Below are positions 1-10,531 of a stretch of DNA of 64,000 nt, one piece after another; within the stretch, counting starts at the first letter, position 1, and the number at the start of each line of letters is the position of its first letter. Made by a program: the position numbers and the translations under genes. The notes below the pieces were generated by a model that worked only from the letters and a program-made list of their open reading frames with translations, searched no databases and was not told where the DNA came from. Origin of the DNA: Gemmatimonas sp. (GTDB taxonomy: Bacteria; Gemmatimonadota; Gemmatimonadetes; Gemmatimonadales; Gemmatimonadaceae); assembly GCA_965279375.1 (NCBI GenBank), contig OZ257156.1, positions 3,776,001-3,840,000 of the forward strand, written 5' to 3'.

Positions 1-773
1 AGGAATCCGCCGGTTTCGTCCTGCAGATCGCGCAGCATGGTCAGGTGCTCCATGCGATCCTCGATCGTCTCCACGTGCCCGTAGAGCATCGTGCAGTTGG
101 TGCGAATGCCCAGCTGGTGCGCGGTGCGGTGCACGTCGATGTAGTCGGCGCCACCAAGCTTCTTGTCAGCAATGACGTCGCGCACGGCCGCGCTGAACGT
201 TTCCGCACCACCGCCGGGCATCGTATCGAGGCCGGCCTCACGCAGCGCAATCAGGACATCCGCGCGCGACATCTTCTCGATGCGCGCGATGTGCGCGATC
301 TCGACGGCCGTCAGCGCCTTGATGTGCACCTGCGGGTGACGTTCCTTGAGCGCGCGGAACATCGCCGTGTAGTAGGCGAGTCCCGCCTGCATGTCGAGCC
401 CACCCACGATATGAAACTCGCGCGTGATCGTGCCGTCGGCGCGATCGGATTCGGCGAGCACCTGATCGAGCGTGTAGCGGTAGGCGCCTTCTTCCTTGGG
501 CAGGCGCGCATAGCCGCAGAACACACACGTCGTGCGCAGCACGCAGACGTTCGTGGGATTGATGTGCTGGTTGGACGCGAAGGTGACACGATCGCCGTGC
601 TTCGCGCGGTTGGCCGCATCGGCCATGGCGCCCACGCCGATCAGGTCGGGCGAGCGGAAGAGCGTGACCCCGTCGGCCGGCGTGAGGCGCACGCCGGCAA
701 TGAGCTTCTCGCCGATGGGGCGGAGCGCAGGGTCGCGCAGTCGAGCGAGATCGAAAGCGATCGGTGCGGGCAT
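1..773 (-). CDS. mqnE: Aminofutalosine synthase MqnE (radical SAM, futalosine menaquinone pathway), 3' end outside window
   Basis: Hand translation from ATG at 773: MPAPIAFDLARLRDP...HINPTNVCVLRTTCVFCGY...FHIVGGLD...HIKALTAVEI...LDTMPGGGAE...TNCTMLYGHVE...LRDLQDETGGF; CofH/MqnC/MqnE family motifs, HIVGG and KALTAVEI favour MqnE. Not in the ORF track because there is no stop in the window. Confidence 0.85.
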   Translation of the reverse strand, partial: MPAPIAFDLARLRDPALRPIGEKLIAGVRLTPADGVTLFRSPDLIGVGAMADAANRAKHGDRVTFASNQHINPTNVCVLRTTCVFCGYARLPKEEGAYRYTLDQVLAESDRADGTITREFHIVGGLDMQAGLAYYTAMFRALKERHPQVHIKALTAVEIAHIARIEKMSRADVLIALREAGLDTMPGGGAETFSAAVRDVIADKKLGGADYIDVHRTAHQLGIRTNCTMLYGHVETIEDRMEHLTMLRDLQDETGGF

Positions 774-844
774 CTGGACGTGCTTGGGGAAAGTGCGCGG
801 CGAATGCCGCGCATCACTTCACCGCGACGAACGACGCGACGCGC

Positions 845-2086
845 TCAGTCGTGCCAGCGGCGGAGTGCGATCGTGACGTTGTGACCGCCAAACCCTGAGC
901 TGTTCGAGATCGCGACGTTCACCTCACGCGCACGAGGCGTGTTCGGTGTCACATCGAGATCGCACTCGGGATCGGGCGTGGAGTAGTTGATCGTCGGCGG
1001 GATCATGCCATCGCGCATCGCCAGCGCGCACGCGATGAACTCGACTCCACCTGCCGCACCGAGCATGTGCCCAGTGGCGGACTTGGTCGAACTCACGGAC
1101 AGCTTGTACGCATGCTCGCCGAACACCGTCTTGATCGCCTTGATCTCGTTGGGATCGTTGAGCGGCGTGGATGTACCGTGTGCGTTGATGTAGTCCACGT
1201 CGGTCGTGGCCAGGCCGCCATCCTTGAGCGCCTTGCGCATCGACCGCTGCAACCCTTCGTGCGCATCCGGCTGGCCGGTCAGATGATACGCATCGCCCGT
1301 CGCGCCGTACCCGATGACTTCACCGTAGATCCGGGCGCCGCGGCGGCGCGCATGCTCCAACTCTTCCAGCACCACCACGCCCGCGCCCTCGCCCAGCACA
1401 AAGCCATCGCGCGTCGCATCGAACGGACGCGACGCCGTTTCTGGCGAATCGTTGCGCTCCGAGAGTGCGGTCATGTTGCCGAACCCACCGATGGCCATCG
1501 GCAGCACCGCTGCTTCGGTGCCGCCAGCAATCATCACGTCGGCATCGCCGTACACGATGGTCCGGAACGACTCGCCGATGGCATGGGCGCTGGTAGCACA
1601 CGCAGACATCGTCGCGAAGTTCGGTCCCTTTGCGCCAAAGCGCATCGACACCACACCGGCCGCGATGTCCGCGATGAACATGGGCACGAAGAAGGGCGAG
1701 ATGCGGCGGTTGCCCGCCGCGATCAGCGCCGAGTGCTGCTCTTCCATCGTGGCCAGGCCGCCGATGCCACTGCCGACGATCACGCCGCAGTCTTCCTGAA
1801 CGAACCCACCGTTCTCAAGGCCGGCATCGCGCATCGCTTCCACCGATGCAGCCAACGCGTACTGGGTGAACAGATCAGCTCGCTTGGCTTCCTTGCGCTC
1901 CATGTACTGGAGCGGATCGAAGCCCTTCACCTCGCAGGCGAACTTCACCTTGAAGGTGCTGGCGTCGAACTTCGTGATCAGCCCGCCTCCGGACACGCCC
2001 CCCAGCAGCGACTGCCAGGTCGTCGCCACGTCGTTTCCGACTGCCGTGATCGCCCCGAGACCCGTGACGACGACCCTACGTCGCAT
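845..2086 (-). CDS. fabF: 3-oxoacyl-ACP synthase II
   Basis: RRVVVTGLG start, SACAT active Cys, NAHGTST, KSATGHMLGAAG, SNSSGFGGHN. Confidence 0.97.
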   Translation of the reverse strand: MRRRVVVTGLGAITAVGNDVATTWQSLLGGVSGGGLITKFDASTFKVKFACEVKGFDPLQYMERKEAKRADLFTQYALAASVEAMRDAGLENGGFVQEDCGVIVGSGIGGLATMEEQHSALIAAGNRRISPFFVPMFIADIAAGVVSMRFGAKGPNFATMSACATSAHAIGESFRTIVYGDADVMIAGGTEAAVLPMAIGGFGNMTALSERNDSPETASRPFDATRDGFVLGEGAGVVVLEELEHARRRGARIYGEVIGYGATGDAYHLTGQPDAHEGLQRSMRKALKDGGLATTDVDYINAHGTSTPLNDPNEIKAIKTVFGEHAYKLSVSSTKSATGHMLGAAGGVEFIACALAMRDGMIPPTINYSTPDPECDLDVTPNTPRAREVNVAISNSSGFGGHNVTIALRRWHD

Positions 2087-2325
2087 TAGCCCGCGACCTT
2101 CGCCTCGAGGTAGGCAACTGCGTCACCGACGGTACGCAGCTTCTCGGCATCCTCGTCGGGGATGTCGATGTTGAACTCCTTCTCGAACTCCATGACCAGT
2201 TCGACGATGTCGAGCGAGTCTGCGCCGAGGTCTTCGATGAAGCTCGCTTCGGGCGTCAGCTTCTCGCGCTCGACGCCGAGTTCCTTCTCGATGATGTCCT
2301 TGATCTTCGACGCGTGATCCGCCAT
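2086..2325 (-). CDS. acpP: Acyl carrier protein
   Basis: [14 protein letters not shown] phosphopantetheine motif; ATG at 2325 preferred over the longer ORF; TAATG overlap with fabF. Confidence 0.97.
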   Translation of the reverse strand: MADHASKIKDIIEKELGVEREKLTPEASFIEDLGADSLDIVELVMEFEKEFNIDIPDEDAEKLRTVGDAVAYLEAKVAG

Positions 2326-2421
2326 GGGAGCGATTCCTCTGAAATTGTTGAAAGGGAGAGTGAAGAACTTAGCCGAACGCCGACGTGGCGGGGAGTGTCT
2401 CGCGCGAGACGCGCCCACTGA

Positions 2422-3201
2422 TTACATGACCAGCCCGCCGTCGACGACAAACACCTGACCGGTGACGTAGCGGGTCAGGTCCGAGGCGAGCACGGCGACC
2501 ATGCCCGCAATGTCCTCCGGAGTGCCGAGGCGCTCCAGAGGGATGTTGGCGCTCATGCCGGCGCGGGCTTCCGGCGTCATGGCGGCCGTCATGTCCGTCT
2601 CGATGAAGCCCGGCGCGACGACGTTGGCCAGGATGTTCCGCGAGGCCAGCTCCTTGGCGATCGACTTGGTGAGCCCGATCAATCCGGCCTTGCTCGCGGC
2701 GTAGTTGGCCTGCCCCTTGTTGCCGATCAGCCCAACGACGCTGGCGACGTTGATGATGCGTCCCCAGCGACGTTTCATCATGCCGCGCGATGCCGCGCGG
2801 CAGGTGGCGAACGCCCCGCGCAAATTCGCGTCGATGACGGCATCCCAGTCATCGTCCTTGAGCCGCATGAGCAGGTTGTCGCGCGTGAGCCCTGCATTGT
2901 TCACGAGAATGTCGAGCGAACCGAAGTCGCGCTCCACGGATTCGATCAACGCAGTTGCCTGTGCGGTATCCGCGATCTCCACCGCGTAACCGCGCGCTTC
3001 GGCGCCCGTGCTCTGCGCGATCTCGAGCGCCGCCGCTTCTGCGCGCGCAAGATCGCGGCCGGTGACGGCCACACGAGCCCCAGCACGCGCAAGCGTTTCC
3101 GCGATCGCGCGACCGATGCCGCGTGTGGAACCGGTGACCAGCGCGACTCGACCGGTGAGGTCGATACGCAGCCCTGCCGACGGCGTGATCTGCTCAGACA
3201 T
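2422..3201 (-). CDS. fabG: 3-oxoacyl-ACP reductase
   Basis: SDR motifs TGSTRGIG, NNAG, NYAASK; fab cluster context. Confidence 0.96.
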   Translation of the reverse strand: MSEQITPSAGLRIDLTGRVALVTGSTRGIGRAIAETLARAGARVAVTGRDLARAEAAALEIAQSTGAEARGYAVEIADTAQATALIESVERDFGSLDILVNNAGLTRDNLLMRLKDDDWDAVIDANLRGAFATCRAASRGMMKRRWGRIINVASVVGLIGNKGQANYAASKAGLIGLTKSIAKELASRNILANVVAPGFIETDMTAAMTPEARAGMSANIPLERLGTPEDIAGMVAVLASDLTRYVTGQVFVVDGGLVM

Positions 3202-4147
3202 GGGATCCCGCCGATTCCAGAAGCTTCTCGATATCCGCGACGGTGCCGCAGGTGGCCGTCTTCACGTTGGGTGCGATTCGCCGCGCCAAGCCTGTCAACA
3301 CCTGCCCCGTACCCATCTCGACGAAGGTGGCGTCCGGATACGTCTCCGCGAGGTAGCGCATCACCCGTGTCCACTGCACCGATGACGTGAGCTGCTGCAC
3401 GAGCAGGCGACGGGCATCCTCGGCCTTGAGAACCGGCTCCGACGTCACGTTGGCGACCACCGGAATGCGTGGGTCGCGGAGCTGCGCGGCTGCCAGCGCC
3501 TCGGCCAACCCTTCGGCGGCGGGCGCCATCAGCGGCGAATGAAACGCACCGCTCACCGGCAACGGCAACGAGCGCTTGGCGCCCGCTTCCTTGGCGAGCT
3601 GCATGGCGCGCTCGACGCCCGCGACCTCACCAGAGATGACGACCTGCTCTTCGCTATTGTAGTTGGCGGCAACCACCATCGCCGATTCGGCCGTCGCCTG
3701 CGCGCAGATTTCGTCGATGGGGCGCGTGAGTACGCCGACGATGGCCGCCATGGCGCCCGGTCGCGCGACGCCTTGCTCGAACATCAGCGTACCGCGACGA
3801 CGTACGACGCGCGCGGCGTCCGCGAGGTCGAGTGCGCCGGCGACGTGATACGCGGAGAATTCGCCCAGCGAGTGCCCCGCCGCGGCCCGCACGAACGGAC
3901 CGATGGCGTCGCGAACAACAGCCCACACGGCGGCGCTGTGCGCCAACAGCGCGGGCTGTGCGTTGAGTGTGCGCGTCAGTTCGTCGGCTGGCCCTTCGAA
4001 GGCCAGCGTTGAGAGCGCGCTGCCGACGGCATCGTCGACGGTGTGAAAGGCCTCACGCGCGGCAGGAAAGGCGTCGTACAAATCCTTTCCCATGCCAACG
4101 CGCTGCGAGCCCTGACCGGGCAGCAGCAGCACGAAGTCCATGGACAT
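3194..4147 (-). CDS. fabD: Malonyl-CoA:ACP transacylase
   Basis: PGQGSQ, GHSLGE, VSGAFHSPLM. Confidence 0.96.
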   Translation of the reverse strand: MSMDFVLLLPGQGSQRVGMGKDLYDAFPAAREAFHTVDDAVGSALSTLAFEGPADELTRTLNAQPALLAHSAAVWAVVRDAIGPFVRAAAGHSLGEFSAYHVAGALDLADAARVVRRRGTLMFEQGVARPGAMAAIVGVLTRPIDEICAQATAESAMVVAANYNSEEQVVISGEVAGVERAMQLAKEAGAKRSLPLPVSGAFHSPLMAPAAEGLAEALAAAQLRDPRIPVVANVTSEPVLKAEDARRLLVQQLTSSVQWTRVMRYLAETYPDATFVEMGTGQVLTGLARRIAPNVKTATCGTVADIEKLLESAGSHV

Positions 4148-4174
4148 CTCGAGTGGTGTTGAGGCTGGCGGCGC

Positions 4175-5179
4175 CTAGAAGCGCGCTACCAGCGAGCCCC
4201 AGGTGAACCCAGCGCCAAACGCGGCGAAGAGGACGGTCATGCCTTCCTTGACCCGTCCCTGTTGCATAGCGTCGTTGAGCGCGATGGGAATGGACGCCGC
4301 AGAGGTATTGCCGAAGCGATCGACGTTGACGAAGACGCGATCCATGTCGATGCCGGCGTGCTTTGCCGTCGCTTCGATGATGCGAATGTTGGCCTGATGC
4401 GGAATCAGCAGATCGATGTCCGCCGCCGTCAGCCCGGCGCGCTCGAGCGCACGATCCGTGGACTCGGCCATCGCGCGTACGGCGTGTTTGAACACCTCGC
4501 GCCCGGCCATCTGGATGTACTGACGATGCGACGCCGGCTCCTCGAACGAGACCGCTTCATCACCGCCACCAGCGGGACGCCACAGCAGCTCAGCCAGCGC
4601 GCCATCGGAACGCATGAACGTCGAGAGAATGCCCTTCTCGTCGCCGGTGTTGCGCTTCATGACGGTCGCACCGGCACCGTCCGCGAACAGAATGCAGGTG
4701 TTGCGATCGGTCCAGTCCACGATGGCGCTCAGCTTCTCCGCGCCGATCACGAGCACCGTTTCCGCGGCGCCGGACTTGATCATCGATTCGCCGACGATCG
4801 TGCCGTACAGCCAGCCTGAGCAGGCCGCCGCGAGGTCGAAGGCGGCGGCCTTGCTGCAGCCGAGCTCCGCCTGAATGTCTACCGCAGTGGCCGGAAGGAG
4901 CCGATCCGGCGAGGCCGTGCCGAGAATGATGACGTCGATCTCGTCGGGCTGGACTCCCGCCTTGGCCATGGCTTGGCGCGCTGCATCCGCCGATAGCGAC
5001 TTAACGGACTCGCCGTGCTTGGCGACGTGGCGCTGCTTGATACCGGTGCGCTCGATGATCCACTGATCATCGGTCTGGATGCCCATCGCAGCGAGGTCGC
5101 TATTGGTGACGATCTGCTGCGGCACGGCGTGTCCGGTGCCGGCGATGTACGCCGACGGACGGATGATGGTGCTGCTCAT
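4175..5179 (-). CDS. fabH: 3-oxoacyl-ACP synthase III
   Basis: AACSG, PHQANIRII, GNTSAAS, GAGFTWG. Confidence 0.96.
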   Translation of the reverse strand: MSSTIIRPSAYIAGTGHAVPQQIVTNSDLAAMGIQTDDQWIIERTGIKQRHVAKHGESVKSLSADAARQAMAKAGVQPDEIDVIILGTASPDRLLPATAVDIQAELGCSKAAAFDLAAACSGWLYGTIVGESMIKSGAAETVLVIGAEKLSAIVDWTDRNTCILFADGAGATVMKRNTGDEKGILSTFMRSDGALAELLWRPAGGGDEAVSFEEPASHRQYIQMAGREVFKHAVRAMAESTDRALERAGLTAADIDLLIPHQANIRIIEATAKHAGIDMDRVFVNVDRFGNTSAASIPIALNDAMQQGRVKEGMTVLFAAFGAGFTWGSLVARF

Positions 5180-6210
5180 GCGGCACTCCCGTTGGCATCG
5201 GGCATGGAGTCGGCGAGGCGCCGACCGATCTCCTCGGTCATCCCCGATTCGTAGGCCCGCACGGCGACATGAATGGCGTTCATGAGCGCCTTGGGTGAGC
5301 TCTTGCCGTGCGAGATGATCGACACTCCCTGCACGCCAAGAAGAGGCGCGCCGCCGTGTTCGTCGGCGTCGAGGTGCGTGAGCGCGCTGGCGATCTGCTT
5401 GCGGTCCACTCCCGCGGCGTCGGAGACCATCCGAATCAGGGTGGGCGCCAAGCTTTCGTAGAACTTGAGCAGGATGTTGCCAACAAAGCCGTCGCAGACC
5501 ACCACGTCGATCGGGCCGCGGTCGCAGGTGCCGCGCGGCACATCGCGCCCTTCAACGTTGCCGATGAAGTTGAGTCCGGATTGACGCAGACGCTGATGCG
5601 CGTCCTTCACCGCCATGTTTCCCTTCTCCGGCTCCTCGCCAATGGACAACAGCCCGATGGCGGGATTTTCGCGACCGAGCAGCGCGCGGGCGTAGACGGT
5701 ACCGATGCGTGCGAACTGGACCAGCTCCTCCGGCGAGCAGTCCACGTTGGCACCGGAGTCGAGGACGAGCACAGGCTGCGCCGACGTCGGAAAGACGGTG
5801 GCGATGGCCGGGCGGGTGAGTCCTGCGTGCAGACGGAGCACGACCAGGGAGGCGGCCATCTGCGCGCCGGTATTGCCAGCCGAGACGAACCCGTGCGCGA
5901 AGCCGTCGGCGACCCGACGAAGTCCGAGCACCATCGAGCTGTTCGTTTTGCCGCGCAGCGCGACAGACGGCCGGTCGGTCATCTCGATGACGTCCGGCGC
6001 TTCAACGACGTGCAGACGGGAACGCAGCGGCGCGAGCGCCGAGAGTTCGCCGCTCAAAAGCGACTGCAACTCGGGCTCGATCACGGCGCTACGGCCGACG
6101 AGTTCGATGTCGTGTTCGGGAGCGAGCGTTGCGAGCGCGTGGAGTGCACCCGCAATGGGGGCCCGGGGAGCGAAGTCGCCCCCCATGGCATCCACCGCGA
6201 TGCGCGCCAA
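5176..6210 (-). CDS. plsX: Phosphate acyltransferase
   Basis: IAVDAMGGDFAP, SAGNTGA, LDSGANVD, CDGFVGN. Confidence 0.96.
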   Translation of the reverse strand: MARIAVDAMGGDFAPRAPIAGALHALATLAPEHDIELVGRSAVIEPELQSLLSGELSALAPLRSRLHVVEAPDVIEMTDRPSVALRGKTNSSMVLGLRRVADGFAHGFVSAGNTGAQMAASLVVLRLHAGLTRPAIATVFPTSAQPVLVLDSGANVDCSPEELVQFARIGTVYARALLGRENPAIGLLSIGEEPEKGNMAVKDAHQRLRQSGLNFIGNVEGRDVPRGTCDRGPIDVVVCDGFVGNILLKFYESLAPTLIRMVSDAAGVDRKQIASALTHLDADEHGGAPLLGVQGVSIISHGKSSPKALMNAIHVAVRAYESGMTEEIGRRLADSMPDANGSAA

Positions 6211-6212
6211 GC

Positions 6213-6395
6213 TTACGCTTCCTGCGCGGTTACTCGCTGCTCACCCGCGTAGAAGCCGCACGAGCCGCACACGCGGTGCGGGCGCTTCATCGTGCCGCAC
6301 TGCGGGCACGTCTGGATGACGATCGCAGGCGCCGTCTTGTGCGTGTTACGGGCGCGCTTGCGACGCTTGGATGTACGGCGCTTGGGTACGGCCAT
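6213..6395 (-). CDS. rpmF: 50S ribosomal protein L32 (Zn-binding form)
   Basis: MAVPKRRTSK, CPQC...HRVCGSCGFY. Confidence 0.97.
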   Translation of the reverse strand: MAVPKRRTSKRRKRARNTHKTAPAIVIQTCPQCGTMKRPHRVCGSCGFYAGEQRVTAQEA

Positions 6396-6434
6396 GGGAC
6401 CCTAACCTGAAAACGTTCGAGACGAGAAAATCCG

Positions 6435-6953
6435 TCAGGCGTCAGACTCGCGCAATGCGCGAAGTCCTTCCCAACGGGGATCAGTGGCCGGAGCACACGT
6501 ACACGCTCCGGTATTGCGATCGGCACCACAGGTCACGCACAAGCCGAGACAGTCCTCCTTGCACAGCGCGAATGCTGGAACGGCCAACAGCCATTCCTCG
6601 CGCACGGCAGGACGCAGATCAAGCTCGCGTGCTCCCGCAGGAATCGGTACGACGTCATCCTCTTCCGCTTCGTCCAGACCGGACTCCGCGAACAAGAATT
6701 GCACCTCGCCCGACACCGACTTCGTAACGTCCACCAGACAGCGGCGACACGTAGTCTGCGTCGCCCCCTCCAGCATGCCCGTAAAATAAAAACGGCCCTG
6801 GCCGGCCGCGGAAAGACGACCTTCCACCCGCACCCCGTCACCGACGGGCCGCGAATCGTCCCCTTCCCACACCGGATCCGCCCCGTCGAGCAGTCCATCA
6901 ACGCTCTCGGCACGGGCTTCCAAGCTTCGGATGTCAAAGCACAGCATAGCCAT
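6435..6953 (-). CDS. yceD: DUF177/YceD family protein
   Basis: CRRCL, LCKEDCLGLCVTCG, DPRW motifs; directly upstream of rpmF; start may be ATG 6947. Confidence 0.9.
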   Translation of the reverse strand: MAMLCFDIRSLEARAESVDGLLDGADPVWEGDDSRPVGDGVRVEGRLSAAGQGRFYFTGMLEGATQTTCRRCLVDVTKSVSGEVQFLFAESGLDEAEEDDVVPIPAGARELDLRPAVREEWLLAVPAFALCKEDCLGLCVTCGADRNTGACTCAPATDPRWEGLRALRESDA

Positions 6954-6961
6954 GAAACGTA

Positions 6962-6996
6962 GAGCGGCAGCCCTATCGACACAAGGGCTGCCGCTC
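6962..6996 (-). terminator. Hairpin downstream of ndk (probable terminator, weak U-tract)
   Basis: 13-bp perfect inverted repeat gagcggcagccct-N9-agggctgccgctc. Confidence 0.5.
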
Positions 6997-7055
6997 CCCG
7001 ATTTCAGCGTCCAAGTAGTGTCCGGACGCAGAGTTAGACCGCCGATCTTCGCGCC

Positions 7056-7475
7056 TTACAGCGTCTCGCACTCGGCGAAGAAGAAGCCCGCTTCGCGCGT
7101 CGCGTTCTCGTCCGAGTCCGACGCGTGGATCGCGTTCCGGCCCTTGGACTCCGCGTACAACTTCCGAACGGTGCCCTCGGCCGCCTCGGCCGGGTCCGTC
7201 GCGCCGATCACCGTGCGCAGCGTCGCCACGGCGTCGTCACGCTCCAGGATCATGGGCATGCACGGACCGCTCGTCATGAACTCCACGAGCTCGCCGAAGA
7301 AGCCCCGCTCGCGGTGCACGCCGTAGAACTCGCCGGCCTGCGCCGTGGTCAGGTGCATCACGCGCGCGGCCTTCACCGTGAAGCCGGACTTTTCGAGGAG
7401 CGCGACGATCAGCCCCGCCTTGCCATTGGCGAACGCGTCCGGCTTGATGATGGTAAGTGTGCGACGACCGGCCAT
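7056..7475 (-). CDS. ndk: Nucleoside-diphosphate kinase
   Basis: [29 protein letters not shown] (phospho-His). Confidence 0.97.
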   Translation of the reverse strand: MAGRRTLTIIKPDAFANGKAGLIVALLEKSGFTVKAARVMHLTTAQAGEFYGVHRERGFFGELVEFMTSGPCMPMILERDDAVATLRTVIGATDPAEAAEGTVRKLYAESKGRNAIHASDSDENATREAGFFFAECETL

Positions 7476-7478
7476 GTG

Positions 7479-8384
7479 TCAGGATCCTATGAGTTTGCGA
7501 ACGATGTCCCCGCGTGTGAGAAAGCCCACCAACCGGCCCTCCTTCACCACGGGTACTCGCTCGACGTCCTTGTTGAGCATCAGGGACGCTACCTCGGCCA
7601 ACGGCTGCTCGGGAGCAACGCACAACACCTGACGGGTCATGGCATCGCGCACCGTGCGCCTCAGCGAGGCGGGCGGCGGAGGGGATGCAACAGACCCCCC
7701 AGCGCGGGGAAGATAATGACTCACGAGGTCGCGCAAGAGTTCGCGCTCGCTGAGCATCCCGATCACCCGGTTCCCATCGTCCACCACCGGAAGTCCGCCC
7801 ACACCCGCCCGCAGCATGTCCATCACTGCGCCTCGCAGTGGTGCGTCCGGACCCACGGTCCGCGGACGCTCTGTCATCAGGTCCCGGACCGTCAGCTGCT
7901 CCGTCAGGATGAGTTCGTGGAACGCCGGCAAGGCCGCGATGGCCACGGCATCCGCGGCGGCCAGAATCTGCTCGATGACGGCCGCCTTGGAGAGCAGCCG
8001 GGCGAACCCGCCCACCACCTGCAGGTGTTTGGCCATCTGCCGTGGCGGCGAGCAGATGAGCACGACCACCCGCGCACACTGCGATTCCTCATCGCCCAAG
8101 TCACGGCACAGCGGGCGCGGCGCAACGCCGACCGCCACGGACACCTCGCGTGCGGCGTCGGTGCGGTAGTGGAGTACGAACGCGCGATCGCCAAAGCCGA
8201 CGATGTCTTCCGGTCGGGCCTCCTCGACGCGCTCCCTCAGGGCGTCGGTGTCGAGCGCGACGCGGTCGACTACGAGCGTCTGTGCCAGCTTGGCCGCAGC
8301 TTCCACCAGGGACGTCGCCGAGAGTGGAAGGCGCACCCGTCGCGGTGACAGGAAGCTGGAGAGTCGCGTGGGTTCTGTGCTCAC
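7479..8384 (-). CDS. PTS EIIA-like domain fused to a CBS-domain pair
   Basis: N-half resembles EIIA (FVLHYR, VAVGVA, VVVLICSP...HLQVVGGFARLL); C-half has two CBS repeats (VRDLMT...LPVVD...GMLSERELL; VRDAMT...VPVV...GFLTRGDIV). Confidence 0.8.
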   Translation of the reverse strand: MSTEPTRLSSFLSPRRVRLPLSATSLVEAAAKLAQTLVVDRVALDTDALRERVEEARPEDIVGFGDRAFVLHYRTDAAREVSVAVGVAPRPLCRDLGDEESQCARVVVLICSPPRQMAKHLQVVGGFARLLSKAAVIEQILAAADAVAIAALPAFHELILTEQLTVRDLMTERPRTVGPDAPLRGAVMDMLRAGVGGLPVVDDGNRVIGMLSERELLRDLVSHYLPRAGGSVASPPPPASLRRTVRDAMTRQVLCVAPEQPLAEVASLMLNKDVERVPVVKEGRLVGFLTRGDIVRKLIGS

Positions 8385-8420
8385 GAGTGGGTCCGAAAGG
8401 TCTGAAAGACAGTGTCACCG

Positions 8421-8463
8421 ACAAAACAAACGGGCGGCCGCGCACATTGTGCACGACCGCCCG
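8421..8463 (-). terminator. Rho-independent terminator after sucD
   Basis: Minus strand CGGGCGGTCGTGCAC-AAT-GTGCGCGGCCGCCCG followed by TTTGTTTTGT. Confidence 0.75.
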
Positions 8464-8480
8464 CGATCACTTCCCCGCGG

Positions 8481-9353
8481 TTACGCGAGTCGTGCCTTGA
8501 TCAGGTCGACGAAATCCACAGGCCGCTTCGCGACGCCCATGCCGGCGGCATGGAACGCCTCGATCTTTTCCGCGGCCGTGCCCGCCGAACCGGAGATGAT
8601 CGCGCCAGCGTGGCCCATACGACGGCCCGGCGGGGCGGTCTGCCCGGCGATGAAGCCGACGACCGGCTTGGTCATGTGCGCCTTGATGAACGCGGCGGCT
8701 TCCTGTTCGTCCGTGCCACCGATTTCGCCCATCATCGCGACGGCCTTCGTCTGCGGATCGGCTTCGAACGCCGCGAGGCAATCGATGAAGTTGGTGCCGT
8801 TGATCGGGTCACCGCCGATGCCGACGCACGAGCTCTGACCAATGCCGGCGCGCGTGAGCTGGTTGACGATTTCATACGTGAGCGTGCCGGAGCGCGACAC
8901 GACGCCGACGTTACCCGGCAAGCAGATGCGACCCGGGATGATGCCAACCTTGGACTGACCCGGCGTGATGAGCCCCGGGCAGTTGGGGCCAAGCAGGCGT
9001 GCGCCGTGCTCCTTCACGTACGGGTACACCTTGGTCATGTCGAGCACCGGCACGCCTTCGGTGATGCAGACGATGAGCTTCACGCCAGCGGCGGCAGCTT
9101 CCATCATCGCATCGGCGGCGAACATCGGCGGCACGTAAATCACGGAGGTGTTGGCGCCCGTGGCCTGCACCGCGTCGTAGACGGTGTCGAAGATGGGTAC
9201 CGTGCCTTCGAACATCTGGCCGCCCTTACCCGGCGTCACACCGGCCACGACCTTCGTGCCGTACTCGATCATCTGCTTGGCATGGAACGAACCGTCGCGG
9301 CCCGTGATGCCCTGCACGATCAGCTTCGTGTTGTTGTCGATGAAGATGCTCAT
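8481..9353 (-). CDS. sucD: Succinyl-CoA synthetase alpha subunit
   Basis: [35 protein letters not shown]. Confidence 0.98.
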   Translation of the reverse strand: MSIFIDNNTKLIVQGITGRDGSFHAKQMIEYGTKVVAGVTPGKGGQMFEGTVPIFDTVYDAVQATGANTSVIYVPPMFAADAMMEAAAAGVKLIVCITEGVPVLDMTKVYPYVKEHGARLLGPNCPGLITPGQSKVGIIPGRICLPGNVGVVSRSGTLTYEIVNQLTRAGIGQSSCVGIGGDPINGTNFIDCLAAFEADPQTKAVAMMGEIGGTDEQEAAAFIKAHMTKPVVGFIAGQTAPPGRRMGHAGAIISGSAGTAAEKIEAFHAAGMGVAKRPVDFVDLIKARLA

Positions 9354-10495
9354 GCGGCCGCTCCCTTGGTGGCGAGTTCGACGGCGCGCTGCACGGCGGC
9401 GTCCATGTCGTTGGAGGCGGAGAATCCGTTGTCCTGCAAAATCTTCACGGCAATCTCCTCGTTCGTGCCGGTGAGACGAATGACGATGGGCACCTTGAGC
9501 GGATTGGCCTTGGTCGCCGTGACGATGCCATTGGCTACGTCATCGGTGCGCGTGATGCCGCCGAAGATGTTGAACAGGATGCACTTCACGTTCGCATCGG
9601 ACGTGATGATGCGCAGCGCGTTGACCACCTTCTCCGGATTCGACGAACCGCCGATGTCGAGGAAGTTGGCTGGATCGCCGCCGTAGTACTTGACCAGGTC
9701 CATCGTCGCCATGGCGAGACCCGCGCCGTTGACCACGCAGCCGACGTTGCCGTCGAGCTTGATGAACGTGAGGTTCGCGTTGCGCGCGTCGACTTCGCTC
9801 GGTGCTTCCGACGACTCGTCGCGCAACGCGGCGATGGCGGGGAGACGATCGAGTTCGTTGTCGTCGATGACCATCTTGCCGTCGACGGCGATGAGTTCGT
9901 TGGCCGGCGTGAGCACCAGCGGATTGATCTCGGCGAGCGAGCAGCCGGCGGCCATGAACGCGCTGTACAGCTGCGTCATGATCTTCGCTGCCTGACGGGC
10001 GATCTTCACGTCCTTGTACAGGAAGAAGCCCATGCGCATCGCTTCGAACGGCAGCAGCCCGTAGCGCGTGTCCACCGGGTGATAGAGAATCTTCTCCGGC
10101 GTGGTGGCCGCGACCTCCTCGATGTCGATACCGCCGGCGGCGCTGACCATGAAGACGGGCTTCTTGGTCGCCCGATCGACGATGATGCCGACGTACGCTT
10201 CCGAGGCGATGTCGGCCGCGGTCGTGACGAGCACCTTCTCGACGACGAGATCCTTGATCGTCATGCCAAGAATGGCGGTCGCCTTTTCCTTGGCGTCGGC
10301 GGGCGTCTTGCAGAACTTCACGCCACCGGCCTTGCCGCGACCACCAGCGTGCACCTGCGCCTTGACCATCACGGCCGTGCCCAGCCGCTGCGCAATGGAT
10401 TCTGCCTGTTCAGGCGTCGTGGCGATGTCGCCTGGCGGTATCGGCACCCCGGCCGCCCGCAACAGCTCTTTCGCCTGATATTCGTGAAGATTCAC
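9350..10495 (-). CDS. sucC: Succinyl-CoA synthetase beta subunit
   Basis: [41 protein letters not shown]. Confidence 0.98.
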   Translation of the reverse strand: MNLHEYQAKELLRAAGVPIPPGDIATTPEQAESIAQRLGTAVMVKAQVHAGGRGKAGGVKFCKTPADAKEKATAILGMTIKDLVVEKVLVTTAADIASEAYVGIIVDRATKKPVFMVSAAGGIDIEEVAATTPEKILYHPVDTRYGLLPFEAMRMGFFLYKDVKIARQAAKIMTQLYSAFMAAGCSLAEINPLVLTPANELIAVDGKMVIDDNELDRLPAIAALRDESSEAPSEVDARNANLTFIKLDGNVGCVVNGAGLAMATMDLVKYYGGDPANFLDIGGSSNPEKVVNALRIITSDANVKCILFNIFGGITRTDDVANGIVTATKANPLKVPIVIRLTGTNEEIAVKILQDNGFSASNDMDAAVQRAVELATKGAAA

Positions 10496-10531
10496 GCGCT
10501 CTCCGAATCGAAGTAGGTATGTCTATGAAAA

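Noticed and set aside
45..884. 279-aa plus-strand ORF at the window start
   Set aside because: Antisense to the motif-supported mqnE frame
10482..10497. Rex-like palindrome CGTGAA-GA-TTCACG at the sucC start
   Set aside because: Spacer is 2 bp rather than 4, and the sequence is explained by the conserved codons for M-N-L-H-E
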